Below are positions 39,910 through 52,896 of a DNA stretch of 64,000 nt, piece after piece. The DNA lies in assembly GCF_006345805.1 (NCBI RefSeq), contig NC_043011.1, positions 53,518,464-53,582,463 on the forward strand. Reading direction: 5' to 3'. Under the pieces are notes generated by a model. The model was given only the letters and a program-made list of their open reading frames with translations. It was not told the origin of the DNA and searched no databases. Within the stretch, counting starts at the first letter, position 1. Every line of letters begins with the position of its first letter. This DNA is from Octopus sinensis (Eukaryota). Made by a program: the position numbers and the translations under genes.

Positions 39910-40577
39910 GTGCAGGTGCCACATAAAAAAGCACTTGCGCTGGTGTCATATTAAAAGCACTGGTGCAGGGGCCACATAAAAGCATAAAAAGCATTCGTGC
40001 TGGTGTCACATTAAAAGCACTGGTGCAGGGGCCACATAAAAGCATAAAAAGCATTCGTGCTGGTGTCATATTAAAAGCACTGGTGCAGGGGCCTCATAAA
40101 AAGCACTCATGGTGATGATGCATTAAAAGTGCTTGTGTCACTTAAAAGGCACCTGGCATCTTCTGTGGAATGGTTGATGTTGGGAAGGGCATCCAGTCAT
40201 AGAAACTATGTCAAAACAGACAATGGAGTCTGGTGTGCACCCCACCTGCAGCCTTACCAGCTCTGAGGAAGCCATCCAACTCATGCCAACATGGAAAACA
40301 GATTTTAAACGATGACTTGTGCCGGTGGTGTGCAGGTGACATGATTTTTTCGTGGCCATTATCAGTACCGCCTGACAGGCCCTCGTGCCGGTGGCACGTA
40401 AAAGCACCCACTACACTCTCGGAGTGGTTGGCATTAGGAAGGGCATCCAGCTGTAGAAACTCTGCCAGTTCAAGATTGGAGCCTGGTGCAGCCATCTGGT
40501 TTGCCAGTCCTCAGTCAAATCGTCCAACCCATGCTAGCATGGAAAGCAGACGTTAAACAATGACGATGATGATGATG
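39910..40577 (+). mobile_element. Two family B copies with a 60-bp tandem array (39920-40110)
   Basis: Lines 39961, 40021 and 40081 start with the same sequence; ends GACGTTAAACAATGACGATGATGATG. Confidence 0.85.
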
Positions 40578-40719
40578 GTGAGGAATACAAAGATTTTAGA
40601 CAAATACTGTAAGGCCTATTTTTTGACAGATAAAATATAGTGAAGATGAAACAACGTATGTCTAGTATGCATTCTTTACTCTATGGTTTTCCTGCTCATA
40701 AGCAGATGTGCTCACTTAC

Positions 40720-40781
<62 letters not shown>

Positions 40782-41454
40782 CACGAACACCAGATATAAA
40801 TACATACACTTGCACATATTTATATCATACCCAAAGGATCCAAAGATAAATCTGTATAGTCAGAAAATTACTAAGACAAAACACTCCAGATTGCTACAAA
40901 ATGAAGGAAATACAATAGAATAGTTTCTTGCCTGACTGTGGTGGACAGACCATCTGGCTGAGAAAGAAGATAGATTCCATGCCATATTCAGAAGGAGAAG
41001 TTGGTATTTCTGTTAGAAACAAAAGACTTCTTTGTTAGCGCATTACAATGAAGCAAGTCTCGAGTACTTGCTTGACCTGCTCTAAGTAGCAGGTAAATGT
41101 CCTACCCACAATAAATTCCCTAATGTTAAAATGAGGATCACATTGTCTAAGTCTTTATCATAGAACAGCATGTAGTTAATTACTTATCAACACCACCATG
41201 GTGTTGTTGAAGTCTGGGTCTTTCAGTTCAGTTGTGTGTGACATGACTGGCAATGGCATCTGTTAGTTCCTCTCTGGGATTTATTTTTAAAAATGAAGTC
41301 AAGCTTTGTAGGGGTTAAAAGCAGGTTTTGATATTTTTATTTTTATTTTTTTTTTCATTTTTTATTTCAAATGCCACATTCGAAACACCACAAGTGTGAG
41401 GTTTGAGTTGTATCAACAAGCTAAGGGCAATATGTTATACACGACAAAACAACA

Positions 41455-42470
41455 ACATTGATTTCTTTTATTTGCCCCCAGGGGCATCAGATAGGGCGAG
41501 TATCACATGGACAGCTTATAATTTGTGTTGGTGTTTACATAAAAGAAAAGGGGAAGAAAAGGAGAGGAGGGAGAAATGAGATAAAAAGTATACATAAGAT
41601 ACAAAATATATGAGCACAAAACTGAAGTAGCTCTCCTGATACAGAGAGCCTTTAATCGGGGCCAATCAAGGAACCACACAAATTCAGGACCATGAAGAGT
41701 ACAAGACCTCTACTGACTGTTGCTCAGCTATCTACAGGAGCATTCTTAGAGTAGTTCCATTTACTCTGACCATTTTTGTCACAGTCAGCCACATTTTGAT
41801 AAATTCATTGGCAAGAACTCTCCCCTTTCAGCTCTCACTTTTCTTTTCAAGTGGATCTTCAAAATCTTGATGAGGGCTTGATTGAAGAGGGAAGTGTTTG
41901 TCCTCAATACTTTCAGCTTTTCTTTTTTTCTTACCAAACAGCAATTTTCAGCATAGCCACTTGAGGAACACTGGCTGCCCTACCTTGTCCAAGGTAGATT
42001 GGTGGGTAACCCACAACTGTTATCGTATCTAGCCAGATAGAGTAACAGTTGATTGACACAACTCCATAAGTCAACAATGCTTGGACACTGCACAAGTGTG
42101 TGCAGTAAGGTTTTGTGGCTTGGTGTGCATCTTGGACAGTCCTAGTAGTGCTCTGCAGTAGCCCTGCTTGGCCATAAGTTTCTGGAAGTTATCTACAGTA
42201 GTCCTTCGCTCAACAGTCCTTAGAAACAGGCCAGTTAGTTCATCCTCCTTGCTACCTAGGGTTTCATTGAGGGCATCATTGTCCTTATCCACCACTAGAT
42301 CTCTATGCATTATTAGCATAGAACTTCCATTAACTGGATTGCCTGGCTCGTAGAGGCTGGTAAGAGCCTGCTGACATTCCAGCTGCTAGGCACCAAATTT
42401 TGGTCATTTCATGACCTAGGGTGGCAGCTCCATCAAAGAAATGAACTGCAGAAAAATGTCTTACAGTGAC
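41455..42470 (-). pseudogene. Decayed L1/Tx1-like LINE 3' portion
   Basis: Minus-strand remnants DNFQKLMA..RALL, AVSKHC, KIHLKRKVRAER, plus a pyrimidine-rich 3' UTR; family assignment by recall only. Confidence 0.5.
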
Positions 42471-43654
42471 CACACTTACTCACATCATCATCATCATCAC
42501 CACCACCACCACCACAACCACCACCACCACCACCACCACAACCTTCACCACCACCACCACTGACATATATGTCAGTATTATTCAACATTTATACTGAATG
42601 CTTGTGTCCCAGTTATGTGGATCTATACAGGCCTATGTATTTGCAAGAATTTTCATACTCTTGTAAAATTTCCACATTTTTATCCATTACATCTGCCCAT
42701 CATCTCCATTATCCTTGGATAGTTGCTCCTTTCTTCAGTCAAGATATTTCTATCTATGAGTCCAACATGTGGCTTATTCATTGAGATAATACTCCCTTTT
42801 AAAAATCCCTCTGTGTGTATTACAGAAACAGCATTCATGGAGAAATTTATATTTATTCATAAAATAAAAAAAACTAAGATTCTCTTTATGGCATTTTCGC
42901 CATCGTTCGTTTAAAATATTCGCGTTATTTACTTATTTGAAAGTGGTGGGAATATTTCTTATTGAAAAGTTTCCATTTTGCTTTCAGTTAGACAATTAAC
43001 AAACCCCTTATTTTGTTGTTGTTACAAATTTCTATCAATAAATTTCAAATATTTATTTATTTATTTGTTTAACTGTCAGTCATATAAGTATTAGCAAAAC
43101 ATTATTTATTGAACATTTTTTTATGCCTTCGTATGTGTTCCATATTTAAAAGATAATTTTTTGGCGATATTTTTCACTGCCATTCTTTCAAAATATTTGC
43201 TTGTTTCTTCATATGTCAACAGTGTGAACATTTCTTATTGAAAAGTTTAAAAAATTAGCAACACCCATCTTCATTTGCTGTTCCAAATTTCCATCAATAA
43301 CTTCAGAAATTTCTTTATTTCTTTCTAATTTCTTTTTCTCCCCTTTTTTTTTTGTCAATATTTAAAAGATAATTTTCTTTCTAAAATGTTCAATGTCATT
43401 CTGTTGAATTGTTTGTTTAGTGTTTGTTGCTTGGTCAGTCAGTTAAAAAATTAGCAGAACCAATATTTAAAATGGCATTTTAAAAAGACAGGCAACATTA
43501 GCTCTGAAGCTCCTCCCTAACCCTTCAGGTTAGGAAATAAAAAGAGAGCAAGCGGCTGCACATTAACTCCGGTTTCCTTTTCGAGCTGATGCTTCCAGAA
43601 ATATCAAGGAGAAGGCAGCCAGAAACAAAAGAGCACAATTCTGCAGCAGGCCAA

Positions 43655-43671
43655 TACATGCACACACACAC

Positions 43672-43705
<34 letters not shown>

Positions 43706-44060
43706 CACACACATGCACACACACACACTATATGCATGCACACACACACTATATGCACACACACATACACAGACACACACACACACTATATGCATGCACA
43801 TACACACTATATGCACACACACATACACAGACACACACACACACACACACACTATACGCATGCACATACACACTATATGACAACACACATACACAGACAC
43901 ACACACACACACACACTATACGCATGCACATACACACTATATGACAACACACATACACAGACACACACACACACACTATATGCATGCACATACACACTAT
44001 ATGACAACACACATACACACACACACACACACACTATACGCATGCATGCACACACATACA
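43655..44060. repeat. Higher-order minisatellite (~55-60-bp units) built from CA/TA microsatellite
   Basis: Recurring CACACACTATA(T/C)GCATGCACATACACACTATATG(AC)AACACACATACACAGA. Confidence 0.85.
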
Positions 44061-44230
44061 CAAAAAGAACAGGAAGAAAGAAATATACATGCATACATAT
44101 ATACATGTGTGTGTCTGCATATTGATACAGTACATGCATAATGCATAAAGGCATATGTACATATACACACATTGTGTATGTATATATATATATGTGTATA
44201 TATATATATATGTGTGTATATATATATGTG

Positions 44231-44291
<61 letters not shown>

Positions 44292-46218
44292 TACATTCAT
44301 ATATCATCATCATCATCATCATCGTTTAATGTCCGTTGTCCATGCTGGCAGGGTTGGACGGTTCGACGGGGGATCTGGGAAGCCAGAAGGCTGCACAGGC
44401 TCCAGTCTTATCTGGCAGTGTTTCTACAGCTGGATGCCCTTCCTAATGCCAACCACTCCGTGAGTGTAGTGGGTGCTTTTTACGTGCCACCTGCACAGGT
44501 GCCAGGCGAGGCTGGCAACGGCCACGGTCGGATTGGTGTATTTTATGTGCCACCGGCACGGAAGCCAGACGAGGCGGAGCTGGCATCGGCCACGAGTCGG
44601 ATAGTGCTTTTTATGCCACGAGTTGGATAGTGCTTATATATATATAAATAGACATACATCCCTCTCTCTCACTCTTTCTCCTTGACTTACACGTGACCAA
44701 CGGCCATCCATCTTTCTTTCTTCCGCTTCCTTCCAAAAGACAAGACGTGCTTTTATCTGTCTCTTCTCAAAGCTCGTTTTTCCAGTGTTCACCACTTCAT
44801 ATCGTCTTGACTTAACAGCCCTCACCGTTTGTTTTTACTGTTTTGTTTTCGCTGTCCTGTTTTTGTTACTACTTTCACCCACCGCAAAAAATCCCAAATT
44901 TTATTTAATTTGCTTTGCAGGAAGGACTGTTTTAATGAAGTCACGTTTTGTCCCTACCTTCAAAATATGGAGTAGGTAAAACAGGGGACAACTGATGAAG
45001 GGAACGTTCTTTATGTTGCCTGTCTTGTTTCCCTGGTTTTTTTTTGTCGTTCGAAAAAGTTCATTTTCAATATTTTTGACTTTCATGTTCTCGTTTCTCA
45101 TTTTGTCTATGTTTTATTGATGTCCTGTACCCATATATGCATGTATATATATATATATATATATATACTATACTTGTTCCATGTCCTCGCGTTGTTGTGT
45201 TTTCATGTTTGGATTAACTATATATGTAGTTATGTACATATATATGTATGTATATCTGCATATATTTATATATTATTTATATTATATGATCAAACACCAC
45301 ACATCTTTTCCAAGTAAGTTTTATCATAATAATTATGATGCACACTCTTATTCTATCTTCCTCTCTTGTTCTTCTTTCTTTCTGTTTTTCTCACATATCT
45401 GTGTATGTGTGTGTGTGTATGTGTATTTATTTACACATAGACAAATACAGGTATAACAAATGCTATACAATATAAATTCCTGATTTATTGAAATTATCTT
45501 CACCTCCAGAAGATATGTCATAATTTACCAAATGGTAATTAAGAGTATTTCCACATTAGAAGGGGAGATAATCTAAAGAATTAAAGAATTCTCCAAAGTG
45601 GACATGCCATAAAGGAAAAAGTCAGAATTATTGTGTGGCGCTGGCACCAGCACCCATACCAACCTCTTTATGTGGCTCCTAAAACCAAGGTGCTTTTTAA
45701 ATGGAACCAGCATCCATCTCAATGCAGAACCAATGTGGCACCTAAAACCAAGGTGCCGTGTAAAAAGCACTGGTGCGGGTGCTGATTCCATGTGAAAAGT
45801 ATTGCTGAAGGTGCCATGTACAAAATACACATTCTGCTCTGTAAAGTGGTTGGTGCTAGGAAGGGCATTGAGCTGTAGAGACCAAGCCAAAACAGACACT
45901 TTGGAACCTGGTTCGGCCCTGACCTTGCCAGTTCCTGTCAAGCTGTCCAACCCATGACAGTATGGAAAATGGATGTTAAATGATGATGACGATGATGATG
46001 ATGAGATTAGAGGGCAATCATGGAATTGTGTTTTTGCTGCAAAAACATGACATCATTCCTGCCTTATTTTCAGTAGCTAAGGGTCTTAGACATATGCAAC
46101 GAGAGTACCTTCTCATTTAGCGCTCATTGTAATTGCCATTTGGTAATTATGACACAACCTCTAAGGGCAGAGATGATTTTAGTAAATCAAAAATTTATGT
46201 TGTGCTTTTTATGTGTCA

Positions 46219-46421
46219 CTGGCATCTCGTCAGTTATCAAGGCAATCAAAATATGCTATTTTGATTGCCTTGATAACTGACGAGATGCCAGAGCAGGTTT
46301 CCGCCCCGACATCCGAAACTCGGAGTCTTATTATGACAACCGAATAATTGTCACATATTATATTACAGATAAATTACATAATTTTGAGGTTTCTTTCATT
46401 CTTTTGTTGTCTTACCATTAC

Positions 46422-46422
<1 letters not shown>
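46219..46422 (+). mobile_element. Hammerhead-bearing element with a perfect 35-bp 5' hairpin, ending in (TA)n
   Basis: Arms 46219-46253 / 46257-46291, loop TGC. Confidence 0.85.
46271..46333 (+). ncRNA. Type I hammerhead motif with GUC cleavage triplet
   Basis: TGATAA-CTGACGA(46277-83)-GATG...CATC-C-GAAA(46315-18)-CTCGGAG-TC-TTATTA. Confidence 0.8.
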
Positions 46423-46475
<53 letters not shown>

Positions 46476-47122
46476 TGTGGGAATATTATTCCAAACTTAT
46501 ACTATTTTCATCGACAAAATAAGTAACGTTTTTTATTTAACAATATTATTTAACTTTTGAATTGTATTAAGTTTGATTATTATTATTATTATTGTTGTTA
46601 AAATATTAATTTATATATAATTTCTTGATAATTATTAGTTATGATATGTATATCTATTTATTTATTATGTTTATTATTATTTTTATAATGTGATTTAATG
46701 TATTACATATAATTTAATTTGAGAAATAGTTTTGTAAGACAATATATTATTTAATAGTTAGGTGGTCTATTTATTATGTAATATTACATTTAAGTAAATT
46801 AGTTTAATATTAATTGATATTTTGTTCAACTGTATAATTGAGTAAAATATTAAATCTATAAATACTACATATATATTAATAATATAGTTAGTTTATCTAA
46901 TAGGTGTGTATATATTTGAACCATTTCCTATTTTTGATTCTAATATTTATAGCTTGTACTAACATTATGTATATTACTTAACATTAAGGTTTTTAATATA
47001 AATTACTTAATGGATATACGATTTTATTTAGATGTTTATTAAATAAGTAAATTAATTAATAATTTAATTTAATGTATATAGATTAAATTATAGTATTTAG
47101 TTTTCACTTAATGTATATTTTG

Positions 47123-47160
<38 letters not shown>

Positions 47161-47313
47161 ATTTGTTTTAAATATTTTAATTAATTGTATCTTATTTTTT
47201 ATTCTATTTTTTATTTAAACAAGAATATATTTGCTAAGCTATTTCATATTTTATAAGATTATTTACGTATATATTTTAATTTATCTAATTAATTATTTTA
47301 TTGTTTTTATCTT

Positions 47314-47408
47314 TAACCTGAAGAGTGGCTATTTTTATATTGAAGTGATTTTAGTATTATTATTACTATTATCATTTCTTAAATATAGCCATGAAACACG
47401 TGTCATTA
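47314..47408 (+). ncRNA. Type I hammerhead motif inside an extremely AT-rich ~1.1-kb block
   Basis: TAAC-CTGAAGA(47318-24)-GTGGCTAT...ATAGCCAT-GAAA(47393-96)-CACGTG-TC-ATTA; palindromic stem III ACACGTGT. Confidence 0.8.
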
Positions 47409-47883
47409 TTCTACCAAATATATACGTTTTATTTATTATTTTGCACATTACTTAATCATTGTTATATGTTTTATCTTATATTTAATCTTTCTATTAAATG
47501 TAAATGTTTCTAAATGGTATAATTGAATTTTTCATTATTGAATTGATAAAAGGTGGTTTTTTTTCTAATTTATATATATGTTATGACCTGCAGAACAATA
47601 ACGCTTTCTATTATAGGCACAAGGCCTGAAATTTGGGGGGGAGGGTTTTGTCAATTACATCAACCTAAGGGTATAACTGGTATTGATGTCATTGACCCAG
47701 AAAGGGTGAAAGGCAAAGTTGACCTTAGCAGAATTTGAATGCAGAATGTAAAGACAGACAAATTGCTGCAAGTCATTTTGTTTGAAATGCCAACGATTTT
47801 GCCAGCTTACTTGCCTTACCCATTAAACAATAATAAACAGAAGGGAGCTGAAAAGCCACCTCTGATTGATACCTTACTGCATA

Positions 47884-48298
47884 CTCTTTTACTCTTTTAC
47901 TTGTTTCAGTCATTTGACTGCGGCCATGCTGGAGCACCACCTTTAGTCGAGCAACTCGACCCCGGAACTTATTCTTTTGTAAGCCCAGTACTTATTCTAT
48001 CTGTCTCTTTTGCCAAACCGCTAAGTGACGGGGACGTAAACACACCAGCATCGGTTGTCAAGCAATACTAGGGGGACAAACAGACACACAAACACACACA
48101 CACACCTACATACATATATATATATACATATATACGACTGGCTTCTTTCAGTTTCTGTCTACCAAATCCACTCACAAGGCATTGGTCGGCCCGGGGCTAT
48201 AGCAGAAAACACTTGCCCAAGGTGCCAAGCAGTGGGACTGAACCAGGAACCATGTGGTTGGTTAGCAAGCTACTTACCACACAGCCACTCCTGCACCT
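47884..48298 (-). mobile_element. SINE family A, full length
   Basis: Colinear with family A. Confidence 0.9.
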
Positions 48299-48390
48299 AT
48301 GTTAAATTTCCCATTAATCCCAATGCTCTAAACTTGATGACAACTCTCTACATGGTTTTACACAGCTCTCATAATGACATTCATCTTCAC

Positions 48391-49123
48391 CAGGGTTTCT
48401 CAAGCATTTTTTTTATCTATGGAGTTGCTTTAATTGCTCTTTTATTCTGGTGGACCCCCGTCGTCATTTGATGCTTAAAAACTAGTTTTACCCTTTTACT
48501 TGTTTCAGTCATTTGACTGTGGCCATACTGGAGCACCACCTTTAGTCGAGAAAATCGACCCCGGGACTTATTCTTTGTAAAGCCTAGTACTTATTCTATT
48601 GGTCTCTTTTGCCGAACTGCTAAGACACAGGGACGTAAACGCACCAGCATTGGTTGTCAAGCGATGTTGGGAGGACAAACACAGACACACAAACACACAT
48701 ACATATATACAGGCTTCTTTCAGTTTCCATCTACCAAATCCACTCACAAGGCTTTGGTCGGCCCGAGGCTATAGTAAAAGACACTTGCCCAAGGTACCAC
48801 GCAGTGGGACTGAACCTGGATCCATGTGGTTGGTAAGCAAGCTACTTACCACAAAGCCACGCCTGCGCCTATAGTTTCATAGAATGTTCTTTATTAATGT
48901 TTTCATGCATTAATTTGTGTAGGTTGAACTACGTAAAATGTTAGAGAAAGAAATCTAGCTGTTTCTTGCAATATACACCAATACCTATTTCTAAAGCAAA
49001 ATTTTCTCAGAGGCCTTTAAAATACTATTGTGAATCCCCAATTTACTATTTTTGCTGTATGGACCTCCAAAAATCTGATGTGGGCCCTTAGGGGCCTTGA
49101 TGGACCCTAGTTCAGAACCACTG
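48391..49123 (+). mobile_element. hAT-like MITE interrupted by SINE A (48492-48870)
   Basis: CAGGGTTTCTCAAG / TTCAGAACCACTG ends; 8-bp flanks ATCTTCAC / GTCTACAC. Confidence 0.78.
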
Positions 49124-49179
49124 GTCTACACCTTAATTTCTTAGCAACCACCATATGAAAACAGTTGTTTAAACATTCA

Positions 49180-49300
49180 AATTTGGGTGTGGTATATCTT
49201 GATTTTGCACCTGCTATTCATAAAGTTGATTATGACAAAATTTGTCACAAACTGTGTGTACTTAGCATAGTTGGAGAATTATGAGAGTGGCTTTATGACC
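49180..49300 (+). pseudogene. Non-LTR reverse transcriptase fragment (CR1-like)
   Basis: VVYLDFAPAIHKVDYDKICHKL..SIVGEL*EWL resembles YLDFAKAFDKVDH..L.KL..GI.G...W. Confidence 0.6.
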
Positions 49301-49516
49301 CTCAAGAGGTCAAAGTGCTCAGACATGCTTATAGGTACACAGGCAGCCAGTTTCATTTGTTACACTGACAAAATGACAGTATCTCATGAAAGCTAGATCC
49401 CCATTGAGGTCACCAGCCTGTGAGGCCTAAATACAATATATTAGTGGGATGAAAGAAACCCATCAGGATTTGGTTGTCAGAAACTGAAAGAAGTCCGTTG
49501 CATGTATATATATATC

Positions 49517-49821
49517 ATGTGATCACGTGACCGACCAGGCTATCAGATGTTGCTACACATCACTGGTCACAATGCGCTTCGCATTGTTTTAGCCTTCGAA
49601 TGACGCCACCCCACTGGCTAAGCGAGCAGGCCAACAGAAGAGTGAGAGAAAGTTGCGGCGAAAGAGTACAGCAGGGATCACCACCATCCCCTGCCAGAGC
49701 CTTGTGCAAATTTAGGTGTTTTTCGCTCAATAAACACTCACAACGCCTGGTCTGGGAGTCGAAACCGCGATCCTACGACCGCGAGTTCGCTGCCCTAACC
49801 ACTGGGCCATTGCGCCTCCAC
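49517..49821 (-). mobile_element. tRNA-derived SINE family F (tail type 1)
   Basis: Minus strand GTGGAGGCGCAATGGCCCAGTGGTTAGGGC..GGTTTCGACTCCC; head and body shared with 54677-54995. Confidence 0.85.
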
Positions 49822-49822
49822 G

Positions 49823-49871
<49 letters not shown>

Positions 49872-49881
49872 TTATATATAT

Positions 49882-50057
49882 AGTTAAACCAAACATGAAA
49901 ACAAACAACACAAGGACGTGGAACAAGTATAGTGTTAATGGACGCTCGGGAAAGGAAAGAAAGAAGGAGGATTTAACGTTTCGAGCGGAGCTCTTCGTCA
50001 GAAACATAGAAAAAGGAAAGGTCCAAGAAAGAAAATCGCCAACGATACACACGCGGT

Positions 50058-50060
<3 letters not shown>
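49882..50060 (-). mobile_element. ~180-bp hammerhead element in TA/CA repeats (family of 62179-62380)
   Basis: Minus strand 49971-50005: GTTT-CTGACGA-A-GAGC tcc GCTC-GAAA-CG-TT-AAAT. Confidence 0.8.
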
Positions 50061-50098
<38 letters not shown>

Positions 50099-50101
50099 TC
50101 T

Positions 50102-50640
50102 CATCATCATCATCGTTTAACATCCGTTTTCCGCGCTAGCACGGGTTGGACGGTTCAACTGCGGTCTGGGAAGCCAGGGGCTGCACCAGACTCCAGTCTG
50201 ATCTGGCAGAGTTTCTACAGCTGGATGCCCTTCCTAACACCAACCACTCCGCGAGTGTAGTGGGTCCTTTTTACGTGCCACCTGCACAGGTGCCAGGGGG
50301 GTCCGGCATCGGCCACGATCGGTTGGAGCTTTTAACGTACCACCGGCACGGAAGCCAGCTAAGGCGGCGCTGGCAACGGCCACGTTCGGATGGTGCTTTT
50401 TATGTGCCACCGGCACAGAAGCCAGTTGGGGCGGCGCTTTCATCGGCCACGTTCGGATGGTGCTTTTTATGTGCCACTGGCGCAGGAACTAGTCGGGGAG
50501 GCGCTGGCATCGGCCACGTTCAGATGGTGCTTTTTATGTGCCACCGGCACAGAAGCCAGTCGGGGCGGCGCTTGCATCGGCCACGTTCGGATGGTGCTTT
50601 TTATGTGCCACCGGCACAGGAGCCAGTCGGGGTGGCACTT
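50102..50640 (-). mobile_element. Family B repeat with about five GC-rich 66-bp tandem units
   Basis: Unit GTGCCACCGGCACAGAAGCCAGT.GGGGCGGCGCT..CATCGGCCACGTTCGGATGGTGCTTTTTAT. Confidence 0.9.
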
Positions 50641-50941
50641 ATATATATATATATAGATAAGTATGTGTGTGTGTTTTTGTCCCCCATCACAACTTAACAA
50701 CTGGTGTTAGTGTGTTTACGTCCCTGTAACTTAGTGGTTTGACAGAAAGAGAGAGTAATAAGTACCAGACTTAAAATAAGTCCTGGGGTTGATTTATTTG
50801 ACTAAACAATTCTTTAAGGTGGTACCTCATGTGAGGGCCACAGTCTAATGATTGAAAGAAGTAAAAGATAGAATATATTGTGTATGTATATAGTGTGTGC
50901 ATGTATATATATATATATGTATATGTATGTATATAGGTGTG

Positions 50942-50976
<35 letters not shown>

Positions 50977-51121
50977 TTCACAGTGTTTAAATATGCACAT
51001 ACATTAAGTATACCATATTAATAATATTTACATTAGCTAAGCTGCTTCAAACAAAAATTTTAATTTTGTTTTCCTAATGTGACACATATGCACATCAGTA
51101 AATATTTTTTTTGCTGTTTGT

Positions 51122-51153
<32 letters not shown>

Positions 51154-51186
51154 CATACATACATACATACATATATATACATATAC

Positions 51187-51225
<39 letters not shown>

Positions 51226-51800
51226 CAGGTATGCCCATAAGTCGCTTTACCCATTGGTGTTTATTATAATTAGAACTGGGTTCAGCCACTTATGGCCATC
51301 CCTGTATATACCTCTAACTGGCCAAAGCAGGTTTATTCAGTGGTGAATGAGTGTGTGACACTAAAGGATGGATATGACCACCAGGTATCGATGTCTTTCA
51401 CTCCTGGGGTGATTTTGCATTGCCTAGCTTGAGGTATCTTTTATTTGCACTGTTTTAAATGGTTTTAGTCAAACAAATTGACCCCAAGGACTTGTTTTTT
51501 GGCCTTGTACATATTCTATCAGTCTCTTTTGCTGAACCACTAGGTTATGGGGATGTAAACACACCAACACCGGTTGTGAGGCAGTGGTGGGGGACAAATG
51601 CAGATACGAAGACACACACATACACACATTGGTTTTTTTATTAGCACGAAAGTGCTAATAAAGAATTATCGAAAATTCTGACTGCCTCCTTTTTCTCAAT
51701 ATACAATATCTGTACACTACTTCAAACACTCTATACATACATACACACATATATATACATATATATAATCAAAAAAAGCAACAAGGATATCCAGAGGTAA

Positions 51801-51892
51801 TGCAGTACGATCGTTTCATGCGACTCCATTTAATTGAATAATGCAATCATTTCATTACATCAATTTGAAATGTAGAGCAATCTTCAGCTGCA
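51801..51892 (-). ncRNA. Type I hammerhead motif in a (TA)n-flanked element ~51768-51998
   Basis: Minus strand TGCAG-CTGAAGA-T-TGC...GCA-T-GAAA-CGATCG-TA-CTGCA; perfect 5-bp stem I, palindromic stem III ACGATCGT. Confidence 0.8.
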
Positions 51893-52896
51893 CAAAGACA
51901 TAGAATTTAATTAAATTAGAAGGACACATTAGTATAATTTTACCCAAAATCACCAAGAGGATAAGGCGATAGACAAAGAACATGTTTTACCAACAACATA
52001 TATATATCATCATCATCATCATCATTTAACGTCCGCTTTCCATGTTAGCACGGGTTGGAAGGTTCAACCGGGGTCTGGGAAGCCAGGGGCTGCACCAGGC
52101 TCCAGTCTGATCTGGCAGTGTTTCTACAGCTGGATGCCCTTCCTAACGCCCACCACTCCGCGAGTGTAGTGGGTGCTTTTTACGTGCCACCTGCACAGGT
52201 GCCATGGGAGTCCGGCGTCGGCCACGATCGGTTGGTGCTTTTAATGTGCCACCGGCACAGAAGCCAACAAGGCGGCGCTGGCATCGGCCCCGTTCGGATG
52301 GTGCTTTTTATGTGCCACCAGCACAGAGGGTTATGTTATATATGTTATGTTATATAAAATTATCATCATCACCTTTTAACATCTGTCTTCCATGCTGGCA
52401 ATGGTTAGATTTGTGTGTGTATATATATATATATAATGGAAAATATATCAATATCTATATGTATCTATGTATCACCATAACAAAAGTACAGTTCTTGTAA
52501 TCCATCATATTTGGGACTTAGCCAGGACTGGATTATCAAGCATGCTGGTTCTTAGATCTCAGTTTTAGGAAAAAACAAAACGTAAGAAATCATGTTTTTC
52601 ACAAGGTCTCGTCAAATGCATAACTGTATTTTACATTCCACCTCAGTATTTGCAGATGTCTTTTTTTGCAGGACAGATTAAGTCTACTAATGCCATGTCA
52701 TATTTTAATGGTTCTTGAGCACCAAACTGTAAACATCGAAGTCTCTGTGATAGTCATGTCTTCATGTAACTGCATGCAGTTTTCAAAGACCGTTGATTTG
52801 AAAACAGCATTCTCTTGTATTGTTTTGGTACTAGACCATTCAAATAATACTGAAGCTGGTTGCGATTTAAGAAAAAAAATGTTTGCAGCAGGAATA

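Noticed and set aside
50330-50640. CRISPR-like regular repeats
   Set aside because: Whole 66-bp units repeat with no unique spacers; eukaryotic context and no cas genes
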